Below are positions 1-12,609 of a stretch of DNA of 64,000 nt, piece by piece. This stretch comes from Marsupella aquatica (Eukaryota > Plantae > Marchantiophyta), in assembly GCA_973895155.1 (NCBI GenBank), contig OZ316896.1, positions 558,001 to 622,000 of the forward strand, read 5' to 3'. Positions within the stretch are counted from its first letter, which is position 1; every line of letters starts with the position of its first letter. A program made the translations under genes and the position numbers. The notes beneath the pieces were generated by a model. The model was not told the DNA's origin and searched no databases. It saw nothing but the letters and a program-made list of their open reading frames with translations.

Positions 1-39
1 GCTCACTAAACTCCCTAATGTGGGGCTGTATGGTGTGCG

Positions 40-200
40 CCGGTGGGAGTGACACTATCCCCAGTTTTTGTCCTCACTGCCTTTTTTAAGCAGGAAGGCT
101 CAAGCATTCACTCTTTTGCAGAGGGCTGAGGCTCTAGCCTTTAGGGCTCCTAGACAAATTCCTCTTAGCTACCCTCCTATCTGTAGGGCTTTATTTCCTT
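40..200 (+). mobile_element. Degenerate 3' end of a CRE-like non-LTR retrotransposon (related to 17590-18442)
   Basis: The translation KAQAFTLLQRAEALAFRAPRQIPLSYPP aligns with RAQAFTILRRGETVGLRAASRIPLLDPP of the ORF at 17619-18311. It is followed by a T/C-rich UTR-like tract. Boundaries are approximate. Confidence 0.7.
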
Positions 201-3200
201 TGCCATTGTATGCGACTCTTGGGCTTTTTTGGCTCTTTGATCTTCTCAAGCATTTTCCCCTTGTTTTGTTGTTTTGTCTCTACCCAACTCTTGCCTTTTG
301 CTTTCAATTGTGACTCCTGGGCTTTTTGGCTCTTTGTCTCCCTAATATTTTCCCGTTGTTTTGTCTTGTGTCTCCACCCAACTTCTGACTTTTGATTTTA
401 ATTTTCCTTCCTGTTCTCTATACCCTTTTCCCTCTCTGCTCTCTCATGCCCACCAGTCCTAGCTCATAACCTATGCTTGGTTAAGTTTAGTGGGAATGAT
501 TTGACCAAATTTAGAGGAACATGTAAGAGCTGACGTACCAATGCTAGGCCAACTTTAGCAGGATTGTACCTAGGTGTGACTAGTGGGAATGATTCAACTA
601 ACTTTAGAGGGAATGACTTGGTTCAATGGTGACCAAGTTAGTTTATAATCTAATCATTCTAGGTAATGTGATTCGGACACCAACCCTTTGCTCTCCCTGG
701 AAACTGTAACAGCTTTTTCTTTGGCAAAACTTTTTTCTGTTTTGTCCAGTTTATTTGGAGGAATCTTCCTGTCACCACTAGTGGTGACAACAGATTCTAT
801 TTAGTAAAGAGGACTGGCAACCTTCCGGAACCACCTTTCAAGAAGATTGGGAGCAGCATTTTTTTGTGTATTAGCCAAGATGGCTCCCTACTAGCCTATA
901 GAGTCAGGAAGGTTGGCTACTGCATCTGCTTTGGGTTGCAGCCAGCTGGCTAATAGTCTATGGTTAAGAGTATGTTCACTGGCTAATCCCAAAGTTTAGC
1001 AGTGCACTCATGTGGGAAATGGTAACTTGAACAACTGCTCTTTTTAATAGAAACTTCAAAATTAACATATTGGGAAATCTTCTTAGCTCTGCTAGCTCAT
1101 TGTCATTGACCGGTGACTATGTACATTGCAAGGTAATGGGCACCAGGCTAACAACCCTTATCTGCCCAGGGCTTGCTGACAAATGCCAGCCCTTGATCCT
1201 GATGTGGCGAACGGCTGCTGTGCTTTCCAAGATTTAACCCAAGTATCATTAGCCAGCCCCTTCTCTATGTAAGTTTTTGGCAAATTTCTGCCCACCAAAA
1301 AATGGGTAGTTGGGGTTCTCTCCCCCATCCAAGGTTTGTTTTTTTGGCAAGCAAGAGATCTTGCTGACAATGACCAGGTGACAATGAAAAACCTTTTCTT
1401 TGCCAAATTCACGTAGTGGGGTCAGAATTTGGCTAACTTTTCAATGAAAAACCATTCAGAGATTAAGGAAATTGACAATTGAGGGTGGGGCTACTGCATC
1501 TGCTTCCCCACCCATCACAATTGCTGGAAAATTAGCCAAGGGTTAGCTATGCAAAAGAAGACTTGATGGAGTTTGGGAGTGAACAAAGCTTCAGGCCAGG
1601 CCCCTCCTTTCAAAAAGGACTGTCTTATTGGGGCCCCTGTGACCTGCCACCCGTCTCTTCTCCCTTCCCATCTTTATGGTATTACAATTGTGGTTAGGCC
1701 CTGCATGGTCAGAGTTTAGGGAGCTAGGCAACAAGTGTAGGATATAGCAAGAGAGTGAGGCACCAAGGCCGGATGCCTGAATGCTTGAAGGAGAGAGAGA
1801 TAGGAAGAATTAAACATCAAACAATTCCCTAAACCCTACAACATCAACTGTACACAGAGGGAGGGGTTTTTTGGGCTAGTGGTTTTGCCAAGGAAGCAGG
1901 AGGTGGTGGAGAGGCGAGAGGATGATGCCATAAGGTTTAGTCTCTCAATGTTTCTTCCCCTAGCTTCTCTCTTCTCTTTCATTTCATTCAGCAACATCCA
2001 TTTTGGTTGACTGCCTTGGGAAAAATGCCTCCCTGACCCAATGATCCCATAGGCCCCAACCACACTTGACCGGTAATAAAGATTTGGAATACAAGCTACC
2101 AGTGTATAACCATTTGTGGAGATAATTGTTATTTTCATAATCTCTTGCCCAGAAACTCATGATCAATAACTTATTTCCAGGCAGCAATTATGCACCATAA
2201 AGGAGGTTTGGGCTGGGGTTACTAGCTTGTAGCATTGTGACCAGAATGCTCCAAATAGTTTTCTGGCTAGAACAGACCAGTTTTTTTTTTCACTTTTTGG
2301 TCACAGGGTTACAAGCTAGTACCTGTAACCATGGCTGTCATTCCTAAACATGACTGGTGGTGCAAACAGAGGGATACAAGGGAGAAGAGAGAGCAGCAGG
2401 TAGGCCTTGTGGTGGGGGGGGGGGGGTCCTTGACTAATTCAATCCAAATGGGCCCCAAGTCTTGACTAATGTTTTAAAATTTCCCTTTGTAACTTATAAT
2501 TGAGACACCCAATGACCTCTCCAAGAACCTCAGATAGACTTTTGCAACTCTGAGTGGATCAATTGCAGCAAAACCCTCTTGTTTTCTCATATAGTGCATA
2601 TTACACTTCTCATATAGTAAATACTACACCGATCATTAAAACGTGACAAGAAAATAAATAAGATACTCATATTTGAAAATGGAAAATGTGACAAGAAAAG
2701 AGGACACTCCTCTTTGGAAATTTTGTAGGTCTCTGGACACATGAGAAATTGGTGTAGGAATTTAGCACATTTCTGCCAATTTTAACCAACCATGTTGTCA
2801 TCCTTCCGCCCTTCAGATCCAGCTTCAGCTTCCCTCCAATTACACCGTTGTGCGACATCGCCAGAAATCGGACCTCGCCCTCCCTCAGAAGAATTCACCC
2901 GACCTTTTCTCCCAATTTGAGAAATCTATCGTTCAGATTACAACTCTTCATATGGTCTAGAGCCTTCGGGAAGACACACTCTTAAACATCAACGAAGAAG
3001 AATTTCCGACACGTCTGGTGTTTACTCGGACGCAAACGCAAATTCCATTCCGAAATGTTGAGTATGAAAGGGAAGTGATGAGGGTAAAACCACGTTCTCG
3101 AGGACGCCCAAGTTGAGAGGACAATTCGGTTTAGAGAAACATTGCCAGCATTTTTGCGTTTGAAAAATTGGTCGAGAAGGATTCAGGCACCACTGTATTC

Positions 3201-4267
3201 TGCCCAAACTGAATTCGGACACGGGAAGTCTACTGAAAATGCGCGCTTTGCGGACAAGAGTTGGGAAATCCGTCGAAAAGGTACTCCCTGGGCACATTGC
3301 TTAATCTCTCACAGCTTACTCTCAGTACACATTGCTGAACTTTCTTGATCTTGAAAATAATCCCTGTCTTGATCCTCACAAACTAAGATGAGAATGAATT
3401 TCTTCCCTCTGGTTCAGCGGTGGAGGATGTGATGGTCTCTTTGTGAACGACCCGCTAGAATCCCGCTGAGGCCAATGAAGGGGAGGAATTATCGATGAGC
3501 TCACTGTTGGAAAATAGGAGGCAGCGTATGTCAACACTCTCTCAAACAGTGGACTCCCTGGATGGATACCAGTGTAGAGGGGGAGAGCTTAGCTCGTGTC
3601 GGTGGCATCTTTCACCTAGCAGTAGTCTCTCCGGAGTAGTTCTGTTGTCAGCAGCAATCTCTCAAGAAGTAGTCGACTGGATCACACTTTGGACTGGAAG
3701 CAGGCAGGGCCAGCCAGCAGAAGACAATGAAGTGGTGAGGGAATCCACATGGGAGGAATTGGCAATGTTTTGAGAGAGAGCTCTTGTCAGCAGCAGCGTT
3801 GGTTCTGTCTTAAGCTGTAAACAGGGACCTCATCTTGGACGAGGGGCGAAGTGTGCGCAGCCTACACTGAATCGAATCCCTCCTGGCCATCTTTCTATTC
3901 ACTGCTGTGGGCTGTCGCGCGGAGGCAGAGAGGAAACAGCGATCTAATGCAAGTATGGTGTGAAGACGCCGAGGGACCAAACCACACCGGACATTGTCAT
4001 AAATCAGTCTGCTCCCGGACCTCCTCCCACGCCGTCAGTCAGCTCATCCTCTTAATTCTTGAGTGCCGTCTCTCCGTCTGGTACCTCTCACGGAATTCTC
4101 TCACAGAATGGTGTACCTGTTCTGTTGAAAAAGCAATTCAGAATTCCTCCCTCGGTCGTTTGAAATGATTGAAGCAGGAGAAGCAGAAACCAAGTAAACG
4201 AAGGACATCTTCGAATTACTATGCGTGTGCTACCTTTCGTCATGACAGCGACCGAGTTGGGAGGGAC

Positions 4268-5511
4268 ATGGATCAACTCAGGATGTCCATCGGCAGGATG
4301 GAGGGGGGCTATGTGGGTGTTCGCAGAGCGCAGCTGCAACCCTTGTTGGCCACGCTACTTCAGGACCCCCTCTTGAGCCACGTGTCCAAGACGAGGCACT
4401 CTCTACAGGAGCTGGAAACTTTGATTGCTGTGGAAAAGGGCAGCGCCATGATGCTGTGCATTAGAACAATGGGTGGCACTACATTCGGTAAAGTCCTCCC
4501 CTGCCTCCAGGTGCACGTTTATGTTCGCAGCCATCCTAATTGCTTTCACAGATTGACCATTGCCACAAACATGACTCTCATCTGTGTCTCGAACGATTAC
4601 ACGAAATGGCTTTCATATTCCTAACCTTGTTCCTTGGAATTTTGAATGAAGCGGTTTTATGGTGCTCTTCCGAATGCGTTTAGATGTTCCGAATTGTTAG
4701 CGAGTCCATCACTAACATGTACGAGTGTTCTCTCTTTCTGCGAGTACTAATCAACCTTGTCTCGTAATTACTGTGCATAAGATTTCTTGTCAAGATTGTA
4801 CTTGTTGAAACAGCAAAATGCCGTGGCTACGATGTACAAACCTTTGAATTTTCTTCGAGTACTGAGATGTTTCTCGCGGGACTTGATTTCAGATGTAGCA
4901 ATTGAAATCTGCGTCCGTGCGAGATTTGAAGGCGGCAATCCAAAAGAAGGTAAATGAGACGGAAGAGGAGAATATGGGGCATCGTCATATCTCCTGGTAT
5001 GCCGTTTCCTCTTAGCCAAGGACTAAACAGTATCTTCTCCAGAAACTCTTAGCATCGCCCAGGGTCACTAGGTTTCGTGCTTCCTGTCCCAAATTGGTAT
5101 GCTGATGTACTCCATAGTTTTCCGGGCACTGATCTGAGACACACATTCTGGTGCTCAGGAAGTATGTCTGGGGCAATTTTTGCCTCACCTATAACAACGA
5201 GAAGCTCCTCAGTGAGTCGTCGTTGCTGAGCAAGTTTGGAATTAAGAATGGTGATGAGGTAATTACCACGACGTATGTAAATGTTTGCATACCTCCGTAA
5301 GCCAAACTATGGTATGTCTGGAATTTAATTGAACTTCCCGCCTTAAAAATATTCGAAGAATGTGCTGAAATTCATGTCATTGACTTTCTCGAGTGGTTGA
5401 ATGCAGCTCTCTTACGCTCATCATCTAGCGTCAAAGGAGGTTGGGTTTCACTCACACCCTATAAAACGGCGGTTTTTTCATGGCCTCCGAAAAACCATCA
5501 ATTCCAAATGA
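4268..5511 (+). pseudogene. SNRNP25: U11/U12 snRNP 25 kDa protein-like (ubiquitin-like domain), frameshifted
   Basis: Exons are ~4268-4487, 4893-4995, 5159-5258 and 5407-5511, with GT-AG boundaries. They encode LLQDPLL..LETLIAVEKGSAM..GTTF / DVA..KSASVRDLKAAIQKKVNE..MGHRHISW / KYVWGNFCLTYNNEKLL..FGIKNGDE / ..RRFFHGL, matching plant SNRNP25. About 2 nt are missing near 4900. The start codon is uncertain. Confidence 0.8.
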
Positions 5512-7434
5512 GCGTTTCTAATCTTCAGAGTGAAGGATCTCGATCAAAGATCCTTCTTGAGCAATGTAGGTGTCTGGCATCGTCTTTCCGTTAGTGGAAC
5601 TTGCCAGTTGCTGCTACTCCTTACTTACCAGTCGTCTTTTCAGCGAGTCGTGTGGAACTCTTCTGGATCCATCTACTTTGACCACAGCATAGTTTTAGGA
5701 TGGCTGATTGGGCACCTTCTGTAAAAGGGACCGGTGTTGTACTATATACTCTGGGAGGTCGTTGCCATGACTGGAAGTCAATTCACCCTCCCTTGAGTTT
5801 TGAGATCTGTAATGCAGCAGCTAGGATTTATCATTTCCTTTGTTGAAGTAGAATACTGAATAGTTCTATATTAATCCTGCACTGAAGGTGGCCCCTAGTC
5901 GCAATTATGTGGTTAATCCGTGTCAACTGCTACTACCGGACATAGGTTTGCCTAATTTCCATGTCATCTGGAGCTTCTTCGCAGATTCGGCAAGCCTTTT
6001 GTCCCGCACCTACAACGATGATTCTGCGATTGCTTCCACTTCACAAGTGATGCCTCACAACGATGTTTTATCTCATCCATAAATGTCCGTCGTTTGCTGT
6101 GCTTACTTGTTTATATTCAGTATTATGCGTGGTATAATGCCGCGACATAACAGTCAAATTTTGAGCACTTGGCTTCGGTAAAACCTTGCTTTCCGTGTTT
6201 GACCTGATCGCAGTTGAATATGACAGACATTACAGTACTTGTCAGCTGTGGGCGATAGTGACTGTCTCCACTGCTATCCTCTGCATACTAAAAGTTCTGC
6301 AAAGAGTTGCTACAGTGAGATTGGTCCCCTCGTGTTGGGATTCGATGTTGTGGATTTTAGGCATTGTTAACGTACTTGCACCGAACTTAAGTCGAATCCT
6401 ACAATCAACGTTGGATTAGTCAACACAGGGACCTAATCGAATGCCCACCTGATGGCGGTCGAACGGGAAATAGAGCTGACATAAACCCTCCGCCCACCAA
6501 AGACATGCGTCACACTCTGAAGCTCGAGGCCGTGTTGCCCTAGCTAGCTCGTGGCTGCCATTGTAAATGCAACCAAATTCAAATCCAAGAAGGTAAGTAA
6601 CCTGCTCACGTGGAAGGGGAACCTAAATCCTGGAGCTGGAGACGTGCTTCAACACTGTGACTAGTGGTCAGAATGCGATACTTCTGTTTCAGTGACATCC
6701 AGTTTTAACTCTCATATCACAACAATTGATGGTTAACGCTCTGAACAAGTCAATCTACCCAATACGAATCGCAAACCGTGCAGACTATATTGCCATTGGT
6801 TTTCAGAGACAGCTCCTTGGACGCAATTTCCGTCCACAGAGCTGAATGCCCATCATATCACGTCACATGATAACTTAATGAGCCAAGTGACTGCATTGGT
6901 ATCATTCTGAGTTACTAGACATGACCAAGAAAGATCTGACAAGAAACCACAGCCTGGGCTGCTGTTGATACCATACAGTAGGAATATCATCGCAGTTATA
7001 ACCAATAGTCTACCATACCCTGACTCATGAGCATCTCAGGACTGCCCCGGCCAAATGTGAATGTTGCTGAAGGCTTCCTAGGCTGTACAAATCAAAGTAG
7101 AATCCAGGTTGCGTGCCTCAAGAACGACTACTACCAGGGACTTCTATTTGCTCATCAATATCAAAGTAGCTCTCGTTCTGGGAATGATTTCTGCTAGAGG
7201 CGTGGCAATTGCAATGCATTTCTGTCGCAACATATCTTCAAGACCAGGGAGAAACGGAGAGTCACTTCCGGGACCAGCCCTCGAAGAAGCTCTGAATGTT
7301 GCTGGATTTGGCGCTGACTGCGTACAGAGCTTTCAACCATACATCTTCACCAAATTCATACACTTTATACTTTTTCTCTTCGCAAATCCATCTCTAATTT
7401 AAGCTGATTTCACTCAATGAGCTCAGGCTTGCGT

Positions 7435-9479
7435 TTATTGTAATAACTCCTGCGCAACATTTTCAGGTACCTCATCTGTTGATGCTAGCGGATCTACTGC
7501 TGCTTGTTGCTCACCTGATGGTTCTTGTTCCTCAACATCCAGATTTTGAATCTCAGTAGAATTAGATGGATTGGGGGGGCTAAAGGGATCAAAGACACGT
7601 GACGCAACAATTAAATCTATCCGCTCTTTATCAGCAGTTGGATATACAACTTTCAAGATGGTGGAGAACAAAGGAGCATCCTCCTCGGTAATATCCTTTC
7701 TACCAGTACAACACATGCACATTGCTTCAAGGGCTCTCTCAGCCCGGGATTCCATAGGAACATCTGGAACCTTCGATCCAGATTTCTCTCGTTTCTGCAA
7801 GATAGGAACAAAATATCAGTACACCAGAACATGGCAACAAAGTTTATTAGTGCAGGTGTTCGACAATACAGAACACATCCTATCTTTACCAAAACAAGAT
7901 GATGCTTTATCTTGAAGAAAAAACTCCAAAAAACTGTGCCCGTTGACAGCTCTCTGCATAAAATTCCGCGAAAGCAAGACTTGTGGGATCCACCATTCAG
8001 TTGACGTATGCGAGCCAATCAAGTCAAATTCAAGTCACCCCATCTAGTCAGTGCTAGGTGTTGAGTCTGAGTGTAATGCTACTAGTAGTTGGCCATAATC
8101 AGAGAAGCATGACCGAAACCAATAAACCTTTCAGATCCAATAACGTTCTCTCAATAAGCCTTCACACCTGTGCAAAATACCTGGCAGGTAAAGAAATCTA
8201 GCCAGACCTCATCGTAGTGATGGAATGACATCGGAGGAGCGTACCTTTGTTGCCTCGTCCATTAGCAGGTCAAAGTTCTCCACTTCATATTGAATGTCGT
8301 ATGAAACACGTAGTCGGGAGGCTCCCATCAGCAAATCCTCACTCCTCAATAAGCCTGCTCCCAATGCCGCTGCCCAGCACCAAATCAGCACAAAAGGAGC
8401 CTTTGCAGTCTGCAATTAATCAACAGTAACCGCACGTTTTCAGACTGAGACTATTACAACTGGAACACGTTAAAATTTCCGTGCACGATGCCCATGACTG
8501 GACGTTCTATACCCAAACATTTGAAGTTCTATACATGTATCCCATTGCCTTTAGTTTTACATCCAAACATTGGTCCATCATGCTTCTTCAACTCAAAACA
8601 AATTCGAGAATATCAGGCTTTCCCACCTGCACTAGGGTACGAAAAGCAGGTGCTATACATGGCTGAAGAATGTAAAATGCCTAGCGATGTCCAAGTTCTC
8701 TGAGCATCGTGCACCTCAAATTAACAATCTCATTCCCATATTATTAAAAATCCCTGCCCTTGCCGACAAGTTGGTAAGATCCATGCCAAGCTCAGAATTA
8801 GAGACACGGGTACGTTTTGAGAACTCATATGATGGCTAGTCTGAATCAAATTCAGAGCCTATCGGGATTCCTTTTCCCAGAAAGACGTATCTCGGCTGAG
8901 GAACAATCCAATTGAGGTAAGCAAAGCCTGAATTGCCACGCATACCTTGCCATACTTTGCTGCAATCTTATAGAAGGCACTGGAGTCTTGGAGCGAACAA
9001 TTTCTGCCCACTCGAGTGCAAAACTCCTCGAAGCGAATCCTGTCTGTACCCACCCCACCTTCAGGACTAAGGAGTCGAGAGATCAACCCAACCACAGGCA
9101 ATGCACCCTGTACCTTGCTAAGAAACTTCATCACAGGATTGTTGGTCTCCAGATACGACCGAGTACTGCCGTTTCTTCTCCATGAGGGCTCTGCTTGATT
9201 CTCGAGGGTTCCCGGTGCCAGTAGCAGTAGGGTGACGGCTCCAAAGTTCGAGCCATAGTGAAGGGGAGTGGAACTCCAGATTGATGACCTATACGAATTC
9301 GAGCTGGAAGAAGAGGACTCCAATTTGATAACCAGGAAGGACGCCTGGGATGGAACTACGACTGAGGCGGTGGAAGAAAGTCCAGAGCGAGACAAACTGG
9401 GAGGAAGGTTGGAGAATGGTGGACAGGGGGGATGAGAAGAGACTCCTCTATTTGAAATTGAAAGGCGAGCGACCTCCAT
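7435..9479 (-). CDS. PSA3: Photosystem I assembly factor PSA3, chloroplastic (~352 aa)
   Basis: Exons are 9479-8946, 8409-8245 and 7794-7435, all phase 0 with GT-AG boundaries. A Ser-rich transit-peptide-like N-terminus is followed by KVQGALPVVGLISRLLSPEGG..FEEFC, WCWAAALGAGLL..RLRVSYDIQYE and RAERALEAMCMCC. Confidence 0.88.
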
Positions 9480-10468
9480 GGCTTCTCTGGGTACCGTTTC
9501 TTCTCCTCTAGCGTCTCCTTGCAGACGATAGATTTCTGATTGCTTTCTGATTGCCTAATAAACCCACTCCGTGATCTTGGACCTGGCCTTTTGTTGGCTG
9601 ATACTAGGAAATTCGTGGCCTTTGTTTAGCGATAGAAGACTGGGTTTTACAGGAGCACGTCCCACGCAGTGACTGGGAAACGGGGAAGCATTATCCATGT
9701 GTCCTGCCCAGGGGTCAGCTTATTTTTTAAGGTTTTTACTTTTTCGCCAGAGTGGCGAATGTCCACTGTGTGAAGGAGTAGATGCTCCAAACATTCCTTA
9801 TCTGATTATTTTCCTGACTATCAGATCTCCTTAGATTTAAGGATGACCTCTAGATGCTGGCTAATGGGACCTGTGATCAGGTGGGACACTGGCTAATGAG
9901 ATAGAAAAATATTAACTATTTTTAGCCAAAAAACATTTCACCACCAAAAAAATTGCTGCCAGGGCTGTCTGCCTGTAGGGCTTTGCTCCATCTTGTCTTT
10001 GGAAACCGGAACGAGTAGGTGGGGTCCAGCCAGGGGTCCAGCATTGTTATCCACTGGGTTCTGTTTTCTAAGGTTGGAAGCTGGATCTGTTTGTAAAATG
10101 CGCACTTTAATGTTATATATAAAGTATGAAGGGAAGCTAGAATTGAGGTCTAGGCTTCTAGAGTGAAGACTCTGACCATGACTCTAGGGCCCCCACCGTA
10201 ATATATGTGCATAGAAAGGAGTATGTTATGATATGTATGATTGTTAAAATGATGGGCCCAAGCATGATGGTTTTTTATCATTTCATCAGCCTTCAAAGAA
10301 TGGTAAGAGTAAATAGATTTTGTTGCCACTTTTATTGTTCGCTTCTCTATTCATGTTCAAAGAAGGGGTAGTTGGGGCTAGTCCTTTATATTTGTAATCT
10401 AAGTTAGCAACCATAGTTCCAAACCTGCTCAGTAGAGTGCAGCCAAGTCAGATTTAAACAATGCTTGT

Positions 10469-10762
10469 GAATGTACTAATAGAAACCTACTTTTCCAGAG
10501 TGACCTAGTAGGCCATAAACTACATACCTCTGGTGACATCACTTAACTTTTTTGGAGGGGTCTTGAGAATGTACTAATAGAAACCTACTTTTCTAGAGTG
10601 ACCTAGTAGGCCATAAACTACATATCTCTGGTGACATCACTTAACTTTTTTGGAGGGGTCTTGAGAATGTACTAATAGAAACCTACTTTTCTAGAGTGAC
10701 CTAGTAGGCCATAAACTACATATCTCTGGTGACATCACTTAACTTTTTTGGAGGGGTCTTGA
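10469..10762. repeat. 98-bp tandem repeat, 3 copies
   Basis: Near-identical units GAATGTACTAATAGAAACC...GGAGGGGTCTTGA start at 10469, 10567 and 10665. Confidence 0.95.
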
Positions 10763-11095
10763 ACTGAAATGAGGAGGAACACTTAGTTAGCAGTCATACT
10801 TAGTAGTCTTTCCCCACCCCAATAGTGACATATGTTCATAGTAGGGAACCCATTGCAGGGTGAGCCCCCATGTATCCAACAGGGACCTGCACCAGGAGGG
10901 AGAGAGGATGAAATCAGGGCCACACAGTGGACAACCAGGGCCCGAGCAGATAATCAGAAGTTACTAACATCCACTACACACAGAGCCAATCCCACCCACA
11001 CACATATACCCTCCACACCAGTGTGTAGAGGGAGGATTGAACTTGGTACCTTTCAGTTCTAGGCTCGTCCCCTAGCTAACTGAACTAAGGGTTGT
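10744..11095 (-). mobile_element. tRNA-derived SINE (older copy)
   Basis: The minus-strand head has an A-box-like TAGTTCAGTTAG and a B-box-like AGTTCAATCC. The body is colinear with 62314-62643. Confidence 0.75.
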
Positions 11096-12609
11096 CTTGC
11101 ATGTGCAAGAGTCCTTCAAAAAGCGGCACTTACTTGCCCACAAAATATGGGAAAAAGTGTATGACCAAATCAAAGCACAATACTCCAAGGCAATACTTGC
11201 CATGCTCCCACTCATTTTCTTGAATTCTTACCGGAATGAGGGTTTAAATTCATCTATATTTACAATTTCCTGCTGTACTATCTATAATTTTGATCCCTCT
11301 TATTGCTAGACTGAGGTGGTGTTGCCCATCTATAGTCTTAATTTAGATTCGAAATTCTTGGCTCAATGCAGAAAGCTAGCAAAAGTGTTCAAATAGCTCT
11401 GAAAAGAATAAGCACCTGCTCTTTCTGAAGCTCAGGTTGTGGAACTTTTTTTAATACATAGAATGTAAAACACGAGTGTGAACATACACAATCTGAGCTG
11501 AAGATGTAATAATTCTGGATGGTGCAGATACAAGGGATGCTATTGTTAAGGATCAAGGCGGACATACCACTGATGAAAGGAAGAGTATTTCCGCTTTACA
11601 AATCAGTAATTCCAGTCCACTCATTATCTTACAAAAAGGATCAAAGTTGTGACGATGTGAAAATCCCTCACATCTGCCGAATGAAGCATGTGCAATCACA
11701 CTCAAAAGGACAGACCCTCCTCCTTGGTAACTATTTCGTTGCACGACAAAATAAAACTGTAACCTCAACGGGTTAAAATGCATGGACCCAGAATCAGAGG
11801 TGACTTAGCAGATCCTGAAGAACTTCCACTCTTCTCTGATCGTCATTATGAGCTCCCTTCCAATCCGAAATCGATACGTATCCTGTTACGGAACGACTTC
11901 ACATCACAACAAAGAGCCTTGCTGCAAAGGCATGTTCCCATCATTGTCCACGAACAATTTTAGATCATTTGTAGGCTACTCAAAACATTGTAGCGGTGGC
12001 TGAATTTGTCAGCAGCTCACCACTCGAGTTTCCTCCGAGGGGATAGTAGCATTGCTGAAGAATGAATGCTCACAATCTGACTTGGAGTACATACTGAATC
12101 CGCTGCGGCTATAGCAATCCTTCAAGTGTAATAACTCCAACAAATCATTTATAAATGGAGAAATTGAAAAGTCGTACTCCCATTAGAGCGCAGCAAAAAA
12201 TTTCAAGAACGTGCATGATAAGGTGCTTCACCAGCCCTGACATCGATGCCCATGGACACCTACAACGAATATTTTAGCAAAACTGGACCAAGAAACCAAA
12301 CATATGTGTGCTGAAACTTCGCTGATCTTTCTCGAAGGAAGTTAAACCTCTCGTTCATTGTGGACAGATGGCAAAATTGCGTAATGCCGCTTTCTTCGAC
12401 AATTCCATAGATGTACCAAGCTGGTTTGCTATGTGAAGCCAAATCTCTGGCATCTTTCCAGGAAATACGTACAGCTTTCCTACGACCATCACTTGACCAG
12501 GCTTAGGCTGTAAGCAGTGGTACGAAAGAGCTGAAGCGTTCTTGAACTGGCCATTTCTCCAACGCAGAGTGTAAAACCAATCATTACCTGGTGCAACTTG
12601 AAGAATATA

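Noticed and set aside
500-2400. Possible hAT-like transposon remnant
   Set aside because: Only short stop-riddled frames, with no TIR or TSD identified.
3495-3773. DEAD-box helicase-like VVLLSA motif
   Set aside because: A single weak motif with no Walker A or DEAD sequence, so it cannot be supported.
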